Of a stretch of 28,193 bases of DNA, positions 18,009-28,000 are shown in pieces; position 1 is the stretch's first letter, and every line of letters starts with the position of its first letter. The DNA lies in assembly GCA_019058365.1 (NCBI GenBank), contig JAHPZE010000042.1, forward strand, positions 1 to 28,193, written 5' to 3'. A model generated the notes under the pieces. The model was not told where the DNA came from, ran no database searches, and was given only the letters and a program-made list of their open reading frames with translations. Source of the DNA: Promethearchaeota archaeon (GTDB taxonomy: Archaea > Asgardarchaeota > Lokiarchaeia > Sigyniarchaeales > SOKP01). The translations under genes were made by a program, and so were the position numbers.

Positions 18009-19109
18009 TTAACTTCTATTAGCTAAGATTTTTTGATGTAAAACCTGAAAATCCTTTTCTGGTATTTTTCCCTCTAAATCATTTCTTAAAACAATCTTTA
18101 TAGCATTATTTGGACATTTTGAAGCACATACCCCACATCCTATACACCAATCGGTATCGATTACTGCGATATTATCCACTAATTTTATTGCATCTACTGG
18201 ACATATTTCAATGCAATTACCACAACCAACACAGTTATCACTTAAGGTTTCTCGAATGAAATATGTAGCAATTATTTCATCTCTAGGTATCATTCGTCTT
18301 TTAATCCGTCCTAAATTCCAACAAGAGCATCCACAGCAATTACAGTTTTGTTGCACATTTTCTATGGCATTATCCGTAAAATGAACTAATCCCGCTTCTG
18401 AAGCTTTTTTACTTATTTCTAATGCTTCTTCAACACATACTTCCCGTGCGAAACCTTTGTCAATTATAAATCGTGCTAAGTCATCAAATTTCATACAGAC
18501 TTCTAAAGGATGTTCACATTCTCTACCTATTAATTTCATAGATTGACGACAGATACAATGAGCTACAGCAATAATTTTCGCTTTTTTTATTATTTCATTC
18601 ATCACTTGATATGGAAGGACCACCTGTGTTTCTGGTTCGATCGTCTCGTCTACAGGGATAAATCTAAAAGGGATAGGTTCAGTACTATATGTTTCTTTTG
18701 TCACTTCTGTATTATAATATTTGATTACTTGCTTTGCCATTTTTCTTGAGTGAGGAGTATCCTCTCCTTTCCAGAAAAACACTTGAGGAAATCCAAATCC
18801 CGGTTGTTGCAGAGCATAATTTATTTGTTCTGTATTCTGGTCTCTATATGAGAATAAAAGTCCTCTAGTGGTAAGATTTTCAAGGATCTCTTCTAAATGC
18901 TCCATAGGTATCTGAATAGATTTAGAAATTTCATTTATAGGAACCCCTTCAAAAGGTATTTTTTTTGACGGGATAGCTAGAATAACTTCAACTTCCTCCT
19001 CAGTTAAATTTGATTTTAAAATTATAAGTAAATCTTCCCTGGGTGGACACATCATCCCCATAGAAGATAAATGCATCATTAATTGTTCGTAAATATCTAG
19101 GGTTGTCAT
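18009..19109 (-). CDS. Fe-S protein with a Cys-rich central domain and a C-terminal 2x[4Fe-4S] ferredoxin domain
   Basis: CICR..C....VC and CNCCGCSC, then CVGCGNCIEICP and CIGCGVCASKCP. N-terminal wHTH-like region. Confidence 0.88.
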   Translation of the reverse strand: MTTLDIYEQLMMHLSSMGMMCPPREDLLIILKSNLTEEEVEVILAIPSKKIPFEGVPINEISKSIQIPMEHLEEILENLTTRGLLFSYRDQNTEQINYALQQPGFGFPQVFFWKGEDTPHSRKMAKQVIKYYNTEVTKETYSTEPIPFRFIPVDETIEPETQVVLPYQVMNEIIKKAKIIAVAHCICRQSMKLIGRECEHPLEVCMKFDDLARFIIDKGFAREVCVEEALEISKKASEAGLVHFTDNAIENVQQNCNCCGCSCWNLGRIKRRMIPRDEIIATYFIRETLSDNCVGCGNCIEICPVDAIKLVDNIAVIDTDWCIGCGVCASKCPNNAIKIVLRNDLEGKIPEKDFQVLHQKILANRS

Positions 19110-19336
19110 AATTCAATGAATTTTTTTTTTCCTTAAAGAGAGAAATTTATAATTCAAGTTATTTATAAATAAAATTAATTTCTATATTTTCGGTTTTCTA
19201 TTTTAGGTAATATTTTATTATTGAAAATGAAAAAATATGGGAATTTTAATAAACTTTTTTAATAACTAATACTCTATTTATTATCACAATTCAATTTTGA
19301 ATCGAATACAATAAATAAAACGTGTGAATTTTTGAA

Positions 19337-21052
19337 ATGTCAAATCCGTATAAAAGTAGATTTTGGCGGAAGAATTGGGATCCATATCTTTCTGATCTTG
19401 ACCCGAAAGAATTTGAAACTACTTATCCTGAAACTGTAAGAAGAGTATTTGAAAAATTTCCCAATAATATGGCACTTGCTTATCAGGGAATAGAAATCAG
19501 CTTTAGTAAATTGGATAGATATTCTAGTCAATTTGCTAACATGCTGATTGAAAATGGTTTTAATAAAGGAGATGTAGTGGGAATTAATTTAGCAAATATT
19601 CCAGAATATGTATATTCTGTTTTAGGTACACTTAAAGCGGGATGTATTGTTTCAGGTGTTAGTCCTCTATTATCTGATGTCCAAATGCATTATCAATTAG
19701 ATGATCTCGGAAAAGGAGGTAAAAATGTTGCTTTAGTCACTCTTGATGCGATTTTTGAACATAGACTAACAAAAATTGCTGATAAATTACCGCAACTTAA
19801 AGTCGTTGTAGCAACAAGTGTAATCGGTTCATTTTCTAAAGAGGATCAAGCAAAGATTAAAGCAGTTCAGGATATCCCCTCTGGGGAAGTCAGTTCTTTA
19901 GAAGGAAAGATTGTCTATAATTTCCAAGATGATGTTTTGAAGAATTTTTCTACTGAATTACCAAAAGTTGATATATCTCCCAATGATATCGGGTGGATTC
20001 AATATACTGGCGGTACTACAGGACCTCCTAAAGGTGCAATGTTGAGCCACAGAAATTGCGTTTCAAATATAAAAGGTATTATTAGTTGGCTTCAATGGGA
20101 AGAAGGAAAAGGAATACTATTATCTGGATTTCCTATATTTCATGTTGCCGGTTTAACTGTATGCGAAGGTGCTCTTTTCAATGGTATGAGTCAAATTTTA
20201 ATTGCTAATCCTCGTGACGCGTTACATATCTGTAATGAAATGAAAAAATATAAACCAACAATGTTAGTAAATGTGCCTTCACTATATCAAATTTTAATCA
20301 ATTTTCGTAAATTTAAAAGGTTAGACCACTCAAGTTTGAGAATGTGCATTTCTGCAGCAGCTCCATTTCCAAAGGAATCTCAGGAAGCTTTAGAAAACAT
20401 AGTAGGCAAAGGTAAATTATTAGAACTTTATGGGATGACAGAATTATCACCTGTTGCTACAATGAATCCCTCCTTAGGTAAGAAAAAATTGGGTACAGTA
20501 GGATTGCCATTTTTAAACGTTGATTTAAGGATCGTCGATCCTGAAACCAATGAGATAGTTCCATTAGGAGTACCTGGAGAAATTTGCGTAAATGGACCAT
20601 TAGTTATGCAAGGATATTATAATAAACCAGAAGAAACTGCTAAAGCTATAGATAAAGACGGATATATGCACACTGGCGATGTTGGCATAATGGATGAGGA
20701 TGGCTATATTCGTATTGTTGATCGCACAAAAGATATGATTATTGTTGGAGGTTATAAAGTTTTTTCAGCGAAAGTTGAAGATACGCTAGTAAACCATCCT
20801 GCAATTGGAATGGTTGCATTAATCGGGCTCCCTAACCCTGATAGACCCGGATCTGAAATCGTTAAAGCTTTCGTCCAAATCAACCCAGATTTTGAATTTG
20901 ATGGAAATAAGGAAGCATTAAAGGAAGATATAATAAAATTTTCTAAAGACAATTTAGCACCATATGAAGTTCCAAAGTTAGTAGAATTTTCAGAAGAATT
21001 ACCATTAACGGTAGTAGGAAAAATAGACAAGAAAATTCTGAGATCTGGTTGA
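19337..21052 (+). CDS. fadD: Long-chain acyl-CoA synthetase, copy 3 (close paralog of copy 2)
   Basis: Same motifs and same length (571 aa) as 16242-17957, with shared blocks IVSGVSPLLS.VQ..YQL.DLG and ISAAAPFPKESQE. Confidence 0.92.
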   Translation: MSNPYKSRFWRKNWDPYLSDLDPKEFETTYPETVRRVFEKFPNNMALAYQGIEISFSKLDRYSSQFANMLIENGFNKGDVVGINLANIPEYVYSVLGTLKAGCIVSGVSPLLSDVQMHYQLDDLGKGGKNVALVTLDAIFEHRLTKIADKLPQLKVVVATSVIGSFSKEDQAKIKAVQDIPSGEVSSLEGKIVYNFQDDVLKNFSTELPKVDISPNDIGWIQYTGGTTGPPKGAMLSHRNCVSNIKGIISWLQWEEGKGILLSGFPIFHVAGLTVCEGALFNGMSQILIANPRDALHICNEMKKYKPTMLVNVPSLYQILINFRKFKRLDHSSLRMCISAAAPFPKESQEALENIVGKGKLLELYGMTELSPVATMNPSLGKKKLGTVGLPFLNVDLRIVDPETNEIVPLGVPGEICVNGPLVMQGYYNKPEETAKAIDKDGYMHTGDVGIMDEDGYIRIVDRTKDMIIVGGYKVFSAKVEDTLVNHPAIGMVALIGLPNPDRPGSEIVKAFVQINPDFEFDGNKEALKEDIIKFSKDNLAPYEVPKLVEFSEELPLTVVGKIDKKILRSG

Positions 21053-21084
21053 TTTTTTATTTTAATTACTTATTTTTTTTTATT

Positions 21085-21864
21085 TTATTTATTATTTGTG
21101 ATTTGATTTTCTACTATAGAAACTACTGCTAGAAGTATGTCCCCTATTTTTTCATGGATAACAACCTCAGCTGCTGAATCCATATCAGTTTCTTGAATAT
21201 TTATAATCGCTAATTTTGCTCCAAGTGATAGAGCTTTATGAGGATAAAATGCAACTGGATAAACTACAAGGGAAGAACCAAGTACTAATAGTAAATCGCA
21301 TTCAGCTATCATAGTATCTGCAGCTTCGAGAGTTTTTGACTCAAGTGGTTCCCCGAAAAAAATTGCGTTTGGTTTTAACATTCCTCTGCATTTTTCACAA
21401 GAAGGCGAATAATTCCCTTTCATTACCTGATTAACCATACTTGTAATTTCGTAAACCTGGCCACAAGTCATACATTTTGCTTCATAAGCATTTCCGTGAA
21501 GTTCTACAATGTTTTTCGTTCTTGCCTTATGGTGTAATCTATCAATATTCTGGGTAAGAACTCCTTTCAGTTTTCCAAGTTTTTGAAGCCTAGTTAATGC
21601 TCTATGCCCTTTATTTGGTCGTGCTCTAAAAATTGCTTTTCCAGTCTCTAACATAAATTGTAAATTCTTACTCGGGTTAGCTATGTAAGATTGAATAGAC
21701 GCAAATTCATACGGATCTACCTTTTCCCATAAACCGGTACCCGGTGATCGAAAATCCGCAACTCCACTTTCAGTAGACATCCCTGCTCCTGTTAAAGCTA
21801 CTATATTGTTCGAGTTAAGGATTAAATTTGCTAATATTTCAATTTTTTCTTCTAAAGATATCAT
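21085..21864 (-). CDS. cobB: Sir2/CobB-family NAD-dependent protein deacylase
   Basis: LTGAGMSTESGVADFRSP, TQNID.LH, ELHG, CxxC..CxxC zinc site, LGSSLVVYP, IIN. Confidence 0.94.
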   Translation of the reverse strand: MISLEEKIEILANLILNSNNIVALTGAGMSTESGVADFRSPGTGLWEKVDPYEFASIQSYIANPSKNLQFMLETGKAIFRARPNKGHRALTRLQKLGKLKGVLTQNIDRLHHKARTKNIVELHGNAYEAKCMTCGQVYEITSMVNQVMKGNYSPSCEKCRGMLKPNAIFFGEPLESKTLEAADTMIAECDLLLVLGSSLVVYPVAFYPHKALSLGAKLAIINIQETDMDSAAEVVIHEKIGDILLAVVSIVENQITNNK

Positions 21865-21955
21865 CTATTAATATTTCTGGAATTATAAGTCAAAAAAGTT
21901 TTATGATTAAATTACTTTATAAAATATTTTATTATCTTATGATTTTATTGTATTA

Positions 21956-22777
21956 ATGCTTGCAGAAGAATTTAAACAGATTAAATATAATAAAGAAGAA
22001 AATGGAATTCTAACTGTTACCCTAAACTGGCCCGAAAAAAAAAATGCTCTTTCACCATTAGGGCTTTTAGAACTCTGGTATGCTGTGGATCATGCTGAAA
22101 AGGATAAACAAGTTAAAGTTATGATATTAACAGGGTGTGAGGAAGCAGGCGCTTTTTCTTCGGGGGGTTATTTTTCAAATGAAATGTTGAAAGATATACC
22201 GGAAAAGTATAGAACAGAAATCAATTTAAGAGATATGGCATCAAAAAAGTTATGTCTTAAGTTTTGGGATTTTCCAAAACCAGTGATATCAGTGATTAAT
22301 GGTTTTGCTGTGGGTGGGGGATTTACACTTCCAGTAATTTGTTCAGATTTAGTCTATATGGCTGAAGATGCATGGTGGGCATTATATTTTATAAAAAGAG
22401 CGGTTATCCCTGATTTTGCCACTACTATTCTTTTACCTTTCATAATAGGGATGAATAAAGCTAAAGAATTGTTTTATTTTGGCGATCGAATGACTGCACA
22501 CGACGCAGAAAGATTAGGGCTTATTAATAAAGCATTACCTAAAGAGAAATTAGTGTTGTATGCAAAAGATCAAGCTTTAAGGCTTATTCCCCCTAAAGGG
22601 CCATCTCTTTCAATTAAGTTAATGAAGAAAACCATACATACCTATTTTAGGGATATTTTAGAATCACAATTAGATTTAGAAAATAAAATGTGGACCAAGG
22701 CAATCCAAAGTAAAGATTTTGGAGAGTCTTTAAATGCTTTAAAGGAAAAAAGGGATCCAACTTTTATTGGAAAATAA
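21956..22777 (+). CDS. Crotonase (enoyl-CoA hydratase/isomerase) superfamily protein
   Basis: LNWPEKKNAL, AFSSGG, PKPVISVINGFAVGGG, AHDAERLGLIN, EKRDPTFIGK. Confidence 0.9.
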   Translation: MLAEEFKQIKYNKEENGILTVTLNWPEKKNALSPLGLLELWYAVDHAEKDKQVKVMILTGCEEAGAFSSGGYFSNEMLKDIPEKYRTEINLRDMASKKLCLKFWDFPKPVISVINGFAVGGGFTLPVICSDLVYMAEDAWWALYFIKRAVIPDFATTILLPFIIGMNKAKELFYFGDRMTAHDAERLGLINKALPKEKLVLYAKDQALRLIPPKGPSLSIKLMKKTIHTYFRDILESQLDLENKMWTKAIQSKDFGESLNALKEKRDPTFIGK

Positions 22778-23070
22778 GTTTATATATCTTTAATAAATCA
22801 TAGGAATACTCAACAATGATTTTTAATATGGGATTTCTGTCACATAAAATTTTTTTTTTAGTCTAAATCATTCAATTCTATATTATCCCTAAAAAGTGAA
22901 TCTAAAAAAAAAGATTAATAACGATTATTTTTATTTATTCAATATAATATAATAATATAAAAAAAATATAAGAAATTAAGAAAGATCAATATTTCACTTA
23001 ATATCTTAAGTTATTAGCTAACTATAATTTAGTTTTATAATTCATTTTACACAATTTGGTGCAAGAACAA

Positions 23071-23619
23071 ATGGCTGCTGCAAAAAGCTTCATTTACAAG
23101 ATATGTGTTGTAGGAGATGGCGGCGTAGGTAAAACATCTATGGTCCTACGCTACTGTGAAAACACGTTCAAAGAAAATTATATTATGACGATTGGATCCA
23201 ACTTTTCAACAAAACAAATAAAGTTAGATGAATATCCGAACTATCTAATTCGACTCCAATTATGGGATCTCGCAGGACAGAAGCATTTTAGTTTTGTAAG
23301 GCCTCCTTTTTATAGAGGGAGTAGTGCTACGGTATATACATTCGACCTTACACGAAGAAGTTCATTTCAGAATATCTTAAATTGGAAAGCAGAAGTGGAA
23401 AAAGTAATCGGGGATGGCAAACCAAGTATTTTAGTAGGAAATAAAACTGATTTGGCAGAACAATGGGGCAGAGAAGTCGGAGAAGGGGAAGGTGAAGCAT
23501 TAAAGGAAGAGCTTAACGCAATAGCATATTATGAAACAAGTGCCAAGAATGATCTTAGAGTTTCTCCTGTGTTCAAAGATATAACACTTGCTATTTTAGA
23601 GAAGACTCAAAAGATCTAA
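23071..23619 (+). CDS. Rab-like small GTPase (Ras superfamily)
   Basis: G1 GDGGVGKTS, G2 YIMTIG, G3 WDLAGQ, FYRG, G4 GNKTD, G5 ETSAK. No C-terminal Cys motif. ATG 23071 preferred over TTG 23056. Confidence 0.93.
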   Translation: MAAAKSFIYKICVVGDGGVGKTSMVLRYCENTFKENYIMTIGSNFSTKQIKLDEYPNYLIRLQLWDLAGQKHFSFVRPPFYRGSSATVYTFDLTRRSSFQNILNWKAEVEKVIGDGKPSILVGNKTDLAEQWGREVGEGEGEALKEELNAIAYYETSAKNDLRVSPVFKDITLAILEKTQKI

Positions 23620-23700
23620 CTTTTTATTAGTTATAAACCATAAATTAAAATTTAGTTGTAAATTTAAAAACATAAAATAAAATAATAATAGGTAAATTAC

Positions 23701-24417
23701 ATGTTTGGAGCAGCCCCAAAATATGACCGTGCCCTTACTGTCTTTTCCCCAGAAGGGCGTCTTTTTCAGGTAGAATATGCTTTAGAGGCAGTGAGGCGAG
23801 GAACTCTCGCGGTCGCCATAAAATCTAAAGAAGATGTGTGTCTAGCAGCTCAAATAAAAATACCATCAATATTAATGGATGCTGATTCAATTGATAAACT
23901 TTTCCAAATAGATGAACATATTGGAGTAGCAATTTCTGGTCTTCATGCTGATTCCCGTGCTCTTATAAATTATGCAAGAGTCCAAGCACAATCGTTTAGA
24001 TTAACATATGATGAGCCTGTTCGCTTGAATATGCTAGCAAAGTCAATTGCGGATATGAAACAAATGTATACGCAGTATGGAGGTATAAGGCCATTTGGTT
24101 GCGCTCTTTTTTTCATCGGAATAGATGCTGGAGGGACGCAAATTTTCACAACATCACCAAGCGGAATTTACCGTTCATTCAAAGCATATGCTATTGGGAC
24201 TGGGGAGGCATCCGCTCGAGAATATTTAATTGAAAATTATAAAGAAGAAATGCCATTTGAAAAAATCATTAATTTAGCGTTAAATGCTCTAAAAGACTCG
24301 ATAGATGAAGAAGCAACAAAAGAGAATATCCGAATGGCTTATATTAAAGGTGAAACAAAACAGTTTCATATGTGTAATAAACAAGAAGTAGAAGAATTTT
24401 TGACGAAATTAACATAA
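23701..24417 (+). CDS. psmA: 20S proteasome alpha subunit
   Basis: YDRALTVFSPEGRLFQVEYA, IDEHIGVAISGLHAD, YTQYGGIRPFG, AYAIG. Confidence 0.96.
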   Translation: MFGAAPKYDRALTVFSPEGRLFQVEYALEAVRRGTLAVAIKSKEDVCLAAQIKIPSILMDADSIDKLFQIDEHIGVAISGLHADSRALINYARVQAQSFRLTYDEPVRLNMLAKSIADMKQMYTQYGGIRPFGCALFFIGIDAGGTQIFTTSPSGIYRSFKAYAIGTGEASAREYLIENYKEEMPFEKIINLALNALKDSIDEEATKENIRMAYIKGETKQFHMCNKQEVEEFLTKLT

Positions 24418-24525
24418 TTCTTATTTTAAAATCATCATAAAAGATTTTATTTTCTCAATCTATATTATAGATATTAATATAATATCTAGAATTTTTCTTA
24501 TATAACGAAAAAATAAGCGAGTTTT

Positions 24526-24918
24526 ATGGCTAAGAAGAAGATTAGAGAAGAGTTTGATAAACTTTTTAAGAATGGTGATGAAAAAGCAATAAAAAAGATG
24601 TTAGATAAGAATCCTTGGCTTCTTGATGAAGTCTCAAATACTATGGATGCAGGTATGGTAGAGCAAAATCAAATTATTGCTGCATTAGGTGTAATGGAAG
24701 ATGAACTTGGAGGTCCTGTGCCGATTGATGAAATTATATTTAGTTTAAGAGTTGATTTTAATATACGTAAAAGTGAGGATGAAGTACATACAATTTTAGC
24801 TAGCACAGAAAATCTAAATCTTGTAAAAAGAGACACTAATGGGTGGAGTTTAACTATTGAAGGAGGGAAAATCTGCGATGATTATCTTAATAAGAATCTA
24901 GGAAAAATTGAATTGTGA
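24526..24918 (+). CDS. Hypothetical protein with a probable C-terminal winged-helix domain
   Basis: Helix-helix-helix then LVKR..NGWSLT.EG wing-like pattern. Acidic overall. Confidence 0.7.
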   Translation: MAKKKIREEFDKLFKNGDEKAIKKMLDKNPWLLDEVSNTMDAGMVEQNQIIAALGVMEDELGGPVPIDEIIFSLRVDFNIRKSEDEVHTILASTENLNLVKRDTNGWSLTIEGGKICDDYLNKNLGKIEL

Positions 24919-25042
24919 TCGATTAAATATTTATTTTCGTTTAATAATTTTTAAATTAAGACTAATTTATTATAGAAATATTGTAGAGAGATTTTTGTTT
25001 AATATTTTCATTCATAATTCTCCTAAAAAATAGTTGAGATAT

Positions 25043-28000
25043 ATGGCAGAGAAAAAAGAGGAAGATTTCGACCAGGAATTCGATAAGAACGGGTTTGATC
25101 CCACAAAAGAAGCATTTTTTTCTGATATGATGAATGCGGAGGAAGAAATCGCTTCTGAGGCTTATGAATTAGTTGAACATGCTATTAATCTAATAGGGGG
25201 TCATTATTATGATGATGGTATTGAAATCTTACGTCAAGCAATCGGATTATATACACAGATTAATAGAGAAGAAGAAATAAAAGCTATTAATGATAAAATT
25301 TCAGAAGTTTATGTACTTAAAGAAAAATCATTCCGAGAAATCGAAGCTGAACCAGAAAAAGAAGTGGAAGTTTTTAAGGAAGCTGAAGTGATTGAGGAAC
25401 CTGAAGCTATCGAGGAAATTGAAGAGGTAGAAGTGAGCAAAGGAGCTGAATTAATCGAAGAGACTAGGAATGAGGCTGATTTGATCAGTAGAGCAGATGA
25501 ATTAATTGTGGAAGCCCACCAATTAACTAATTCCGGTGAATTTGAGGAAGCTCTCAATAAATATGATGCAGCTGAAAATATCCTTGAAGATCTTAATAAA
25601 ACTGAGGAGATAGAAAGATTATTTTTATTGATTGAAGAATGCTATACTAAAAAAGCGGAATATTTACGTAATGTTAAAAAAGAAGAACTATTTGTTGGTA
25701 TGGAAACAGAAGTACAATTAAGTGAAGAGCAGATAAAAGAACAAAAATTAGAACAATTTCGTGAAACTAAAAAGAGAGAGGAGGAGATTTCAACTCGAGC
25801 ATATGAAATATTGGATCAAGCAGTAGAAAGGGCAAAATTACAAGAATACGATCACGCGATAAAATTATATGAGGAAGGTATAAGTTTATTTGAAGAATTA
25901 AATTGGACATATGAAGCTAAACGAATTCGAGATACTATAGAGCAGTTAGAAAAAGAAAAGCTTGAACATCTTAGAGAACTTGAGAAAGAAAGAGTAGAGA
26001 TGGAACAAAAAATTGAAACCGAGTTAGAAAAAGAAAAATTGATTGATCACTACGCAAAAGAGGTAATTGAACAAGAAAAACTTGCACAACTAGAAAGATT
26101 AAAAGGACTCGAATTTCAAAAAATGGAGCAAGAGTTCTTTAAAGCACAAATTGACAATATGGTGTCAAATGCAGCTAGAATGGCACATGAGTATGAAATA
26201 GAAATGCAGAGAGCTATCAAAGATGGAAAAATAGTGGAGGAATGTATTTATCCTAAAGTTATTGAAATTTATAAAAGCATAAAGGATTTACTCATTGATA
26301 AGGGTTGGAATAAGGAAGCAGCAATATATGATGATACAATAGACGTCTATATTCAAAAATTTGAAAAGGATAAAAAAATAAGACAAATCGAAGCCGACAA
26401 GGTAAGCAAACAGAAAGAAACCGAAGAACTACTAAAAGTTCAGGAACAAGGTATAGAAGTTCATATTAGCGAAGAACAACAACATGCTATAAAAGAGCAA
26501 AGTCAAAGAGCAATAGAAATTCAGAATATACGAAATCAAATTGAGGAGATGACTAAAAGAGCAGAGCGTTTAGCTAGAGAGTATGAAGTAGCGTTAAGAA
26601 AAGGTAAATTCGAATTAAAATGTCCTTATTCTGATATTATCAATATTTTTGAAAAAGCTCGACAAATGGCATTAGAAAGAGGTTGGGATACAGATGTGAC
26701 AATCTTTTCAAGTCAGATATATTCTTATAAACAAAAGCTGGAAAAAGATAATCGATTAAGACAAATTGAAGTTGATAAAGTTAGAAAACAAGAAGAGATT
26801 GAAGAAACGTTTAAAGTTAAAAAAGAGGAGCCTTCTGTTGGATTAGATGTTGAAAAATTAAAATTACTTGAAAAGCAAAAAAAAGCAGAAGAAGAAAAAG
26901 AAGATTTTGATTCTACTATCGATATAATGGTAAATCGAGCGGAAAAAATGGCTCGAGAATATAATTCTGAAATGAAAAAAGCCATAAAAAAGGGTAAATT
27001 AGCAGAAAATCCTCCATTTTTGAAGATTATTGGTATATATGAAAAAGTTAAGCGAATGTTGCTTGAGAATGGACGTGAAGAAGAAGCGGCAGCATATGGT
27101 ACCCAAATAAATTTTTACTCAGAAAAATTAGAGCATGATAACAAATTAAGAGAAGTAGAGGCTGAAAAAGCCTATAGAGAAAAAGCACTTGAAGAAATGC
27201 ATAAAATGGGTAAGCACATTGGAGTAGAGGAGGAAAGATTAAAAACTATAGAAAGGAAAAAAGAAGAGGAAGATTTTGAAAAATTCATATCTGATAATGT
27301 CAATAATGCCGAAAAAATGGTGCGTGATTATGAAATGAATATGAGAAAGGCTTATAGAAAAGGAGAAATAATAAAGAATACACCATATTCAGACGTTATT
27401 GAAATATATAAAGAAATACGAGAAAAAGTCTATGCGAGGGGATGGAAGGACCAAGCAGAAGTATATGCTAATCAGATTAAAATTTATCAAGAAAAGTTAG
27501 AGAAACATCAAAAACTATTCGAAGTTGAGGCTCAGAAAGCCCATAGAGAAAAAGAATTAGAAGAGATGCATAAAGTAGAAAAGGAAGTTGAAGTTGACCA
27601 TAAAAAACTAGAAGTTATTGATAGAAAAAAAGAAGAAAAAGAATTTCAAAAATATATTACGGAAGAGGTTAACAAAGCAGGGAAACTTGAAAGAGAATTT
27701 GATACAGTTATGAAAAAAGCTATTAAAAAAGGGGAAATAATAGAACAAACCCCCTATCTAAAGATAATAGAAATATATAAAGAAATACGAGAAAAAATCT
27801 ATGCGAGGGGATGGAAAGACCAGGCAGAAGTATATGCCAATCAGATTAAAATTTATCAAGAGAAATTAGAGAAGCATCAAAATCTACTTGAAGTTGAGGC
27901 TCAGAAAGTCCAAAGGGAAAAAGATATCGAAGAGATGCATAAACTAGAAAAGAAAGTTGAAGTTGACCATAAAAAACTAGAAGTTATTGAGGACCAAAAG

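Noticed and set aside
23071-23619. Eukaryotic contamination suggested by the Rab-like GTPase
   Set aside because: It has no introns or prenylation motif, and it sits among archaeal-type genes of the same base composition.
1161-26985. Short overlapping track ORFs (e.g. 1524-1805, 2231-2863, 4205-4597, 10162-10584, 10742-11062, 12389-12681, 25309-25557, 26725-26985)
   Set aside because: They are antisense or alternate-frame shadows of well-supported genes and have no motifs of their own.
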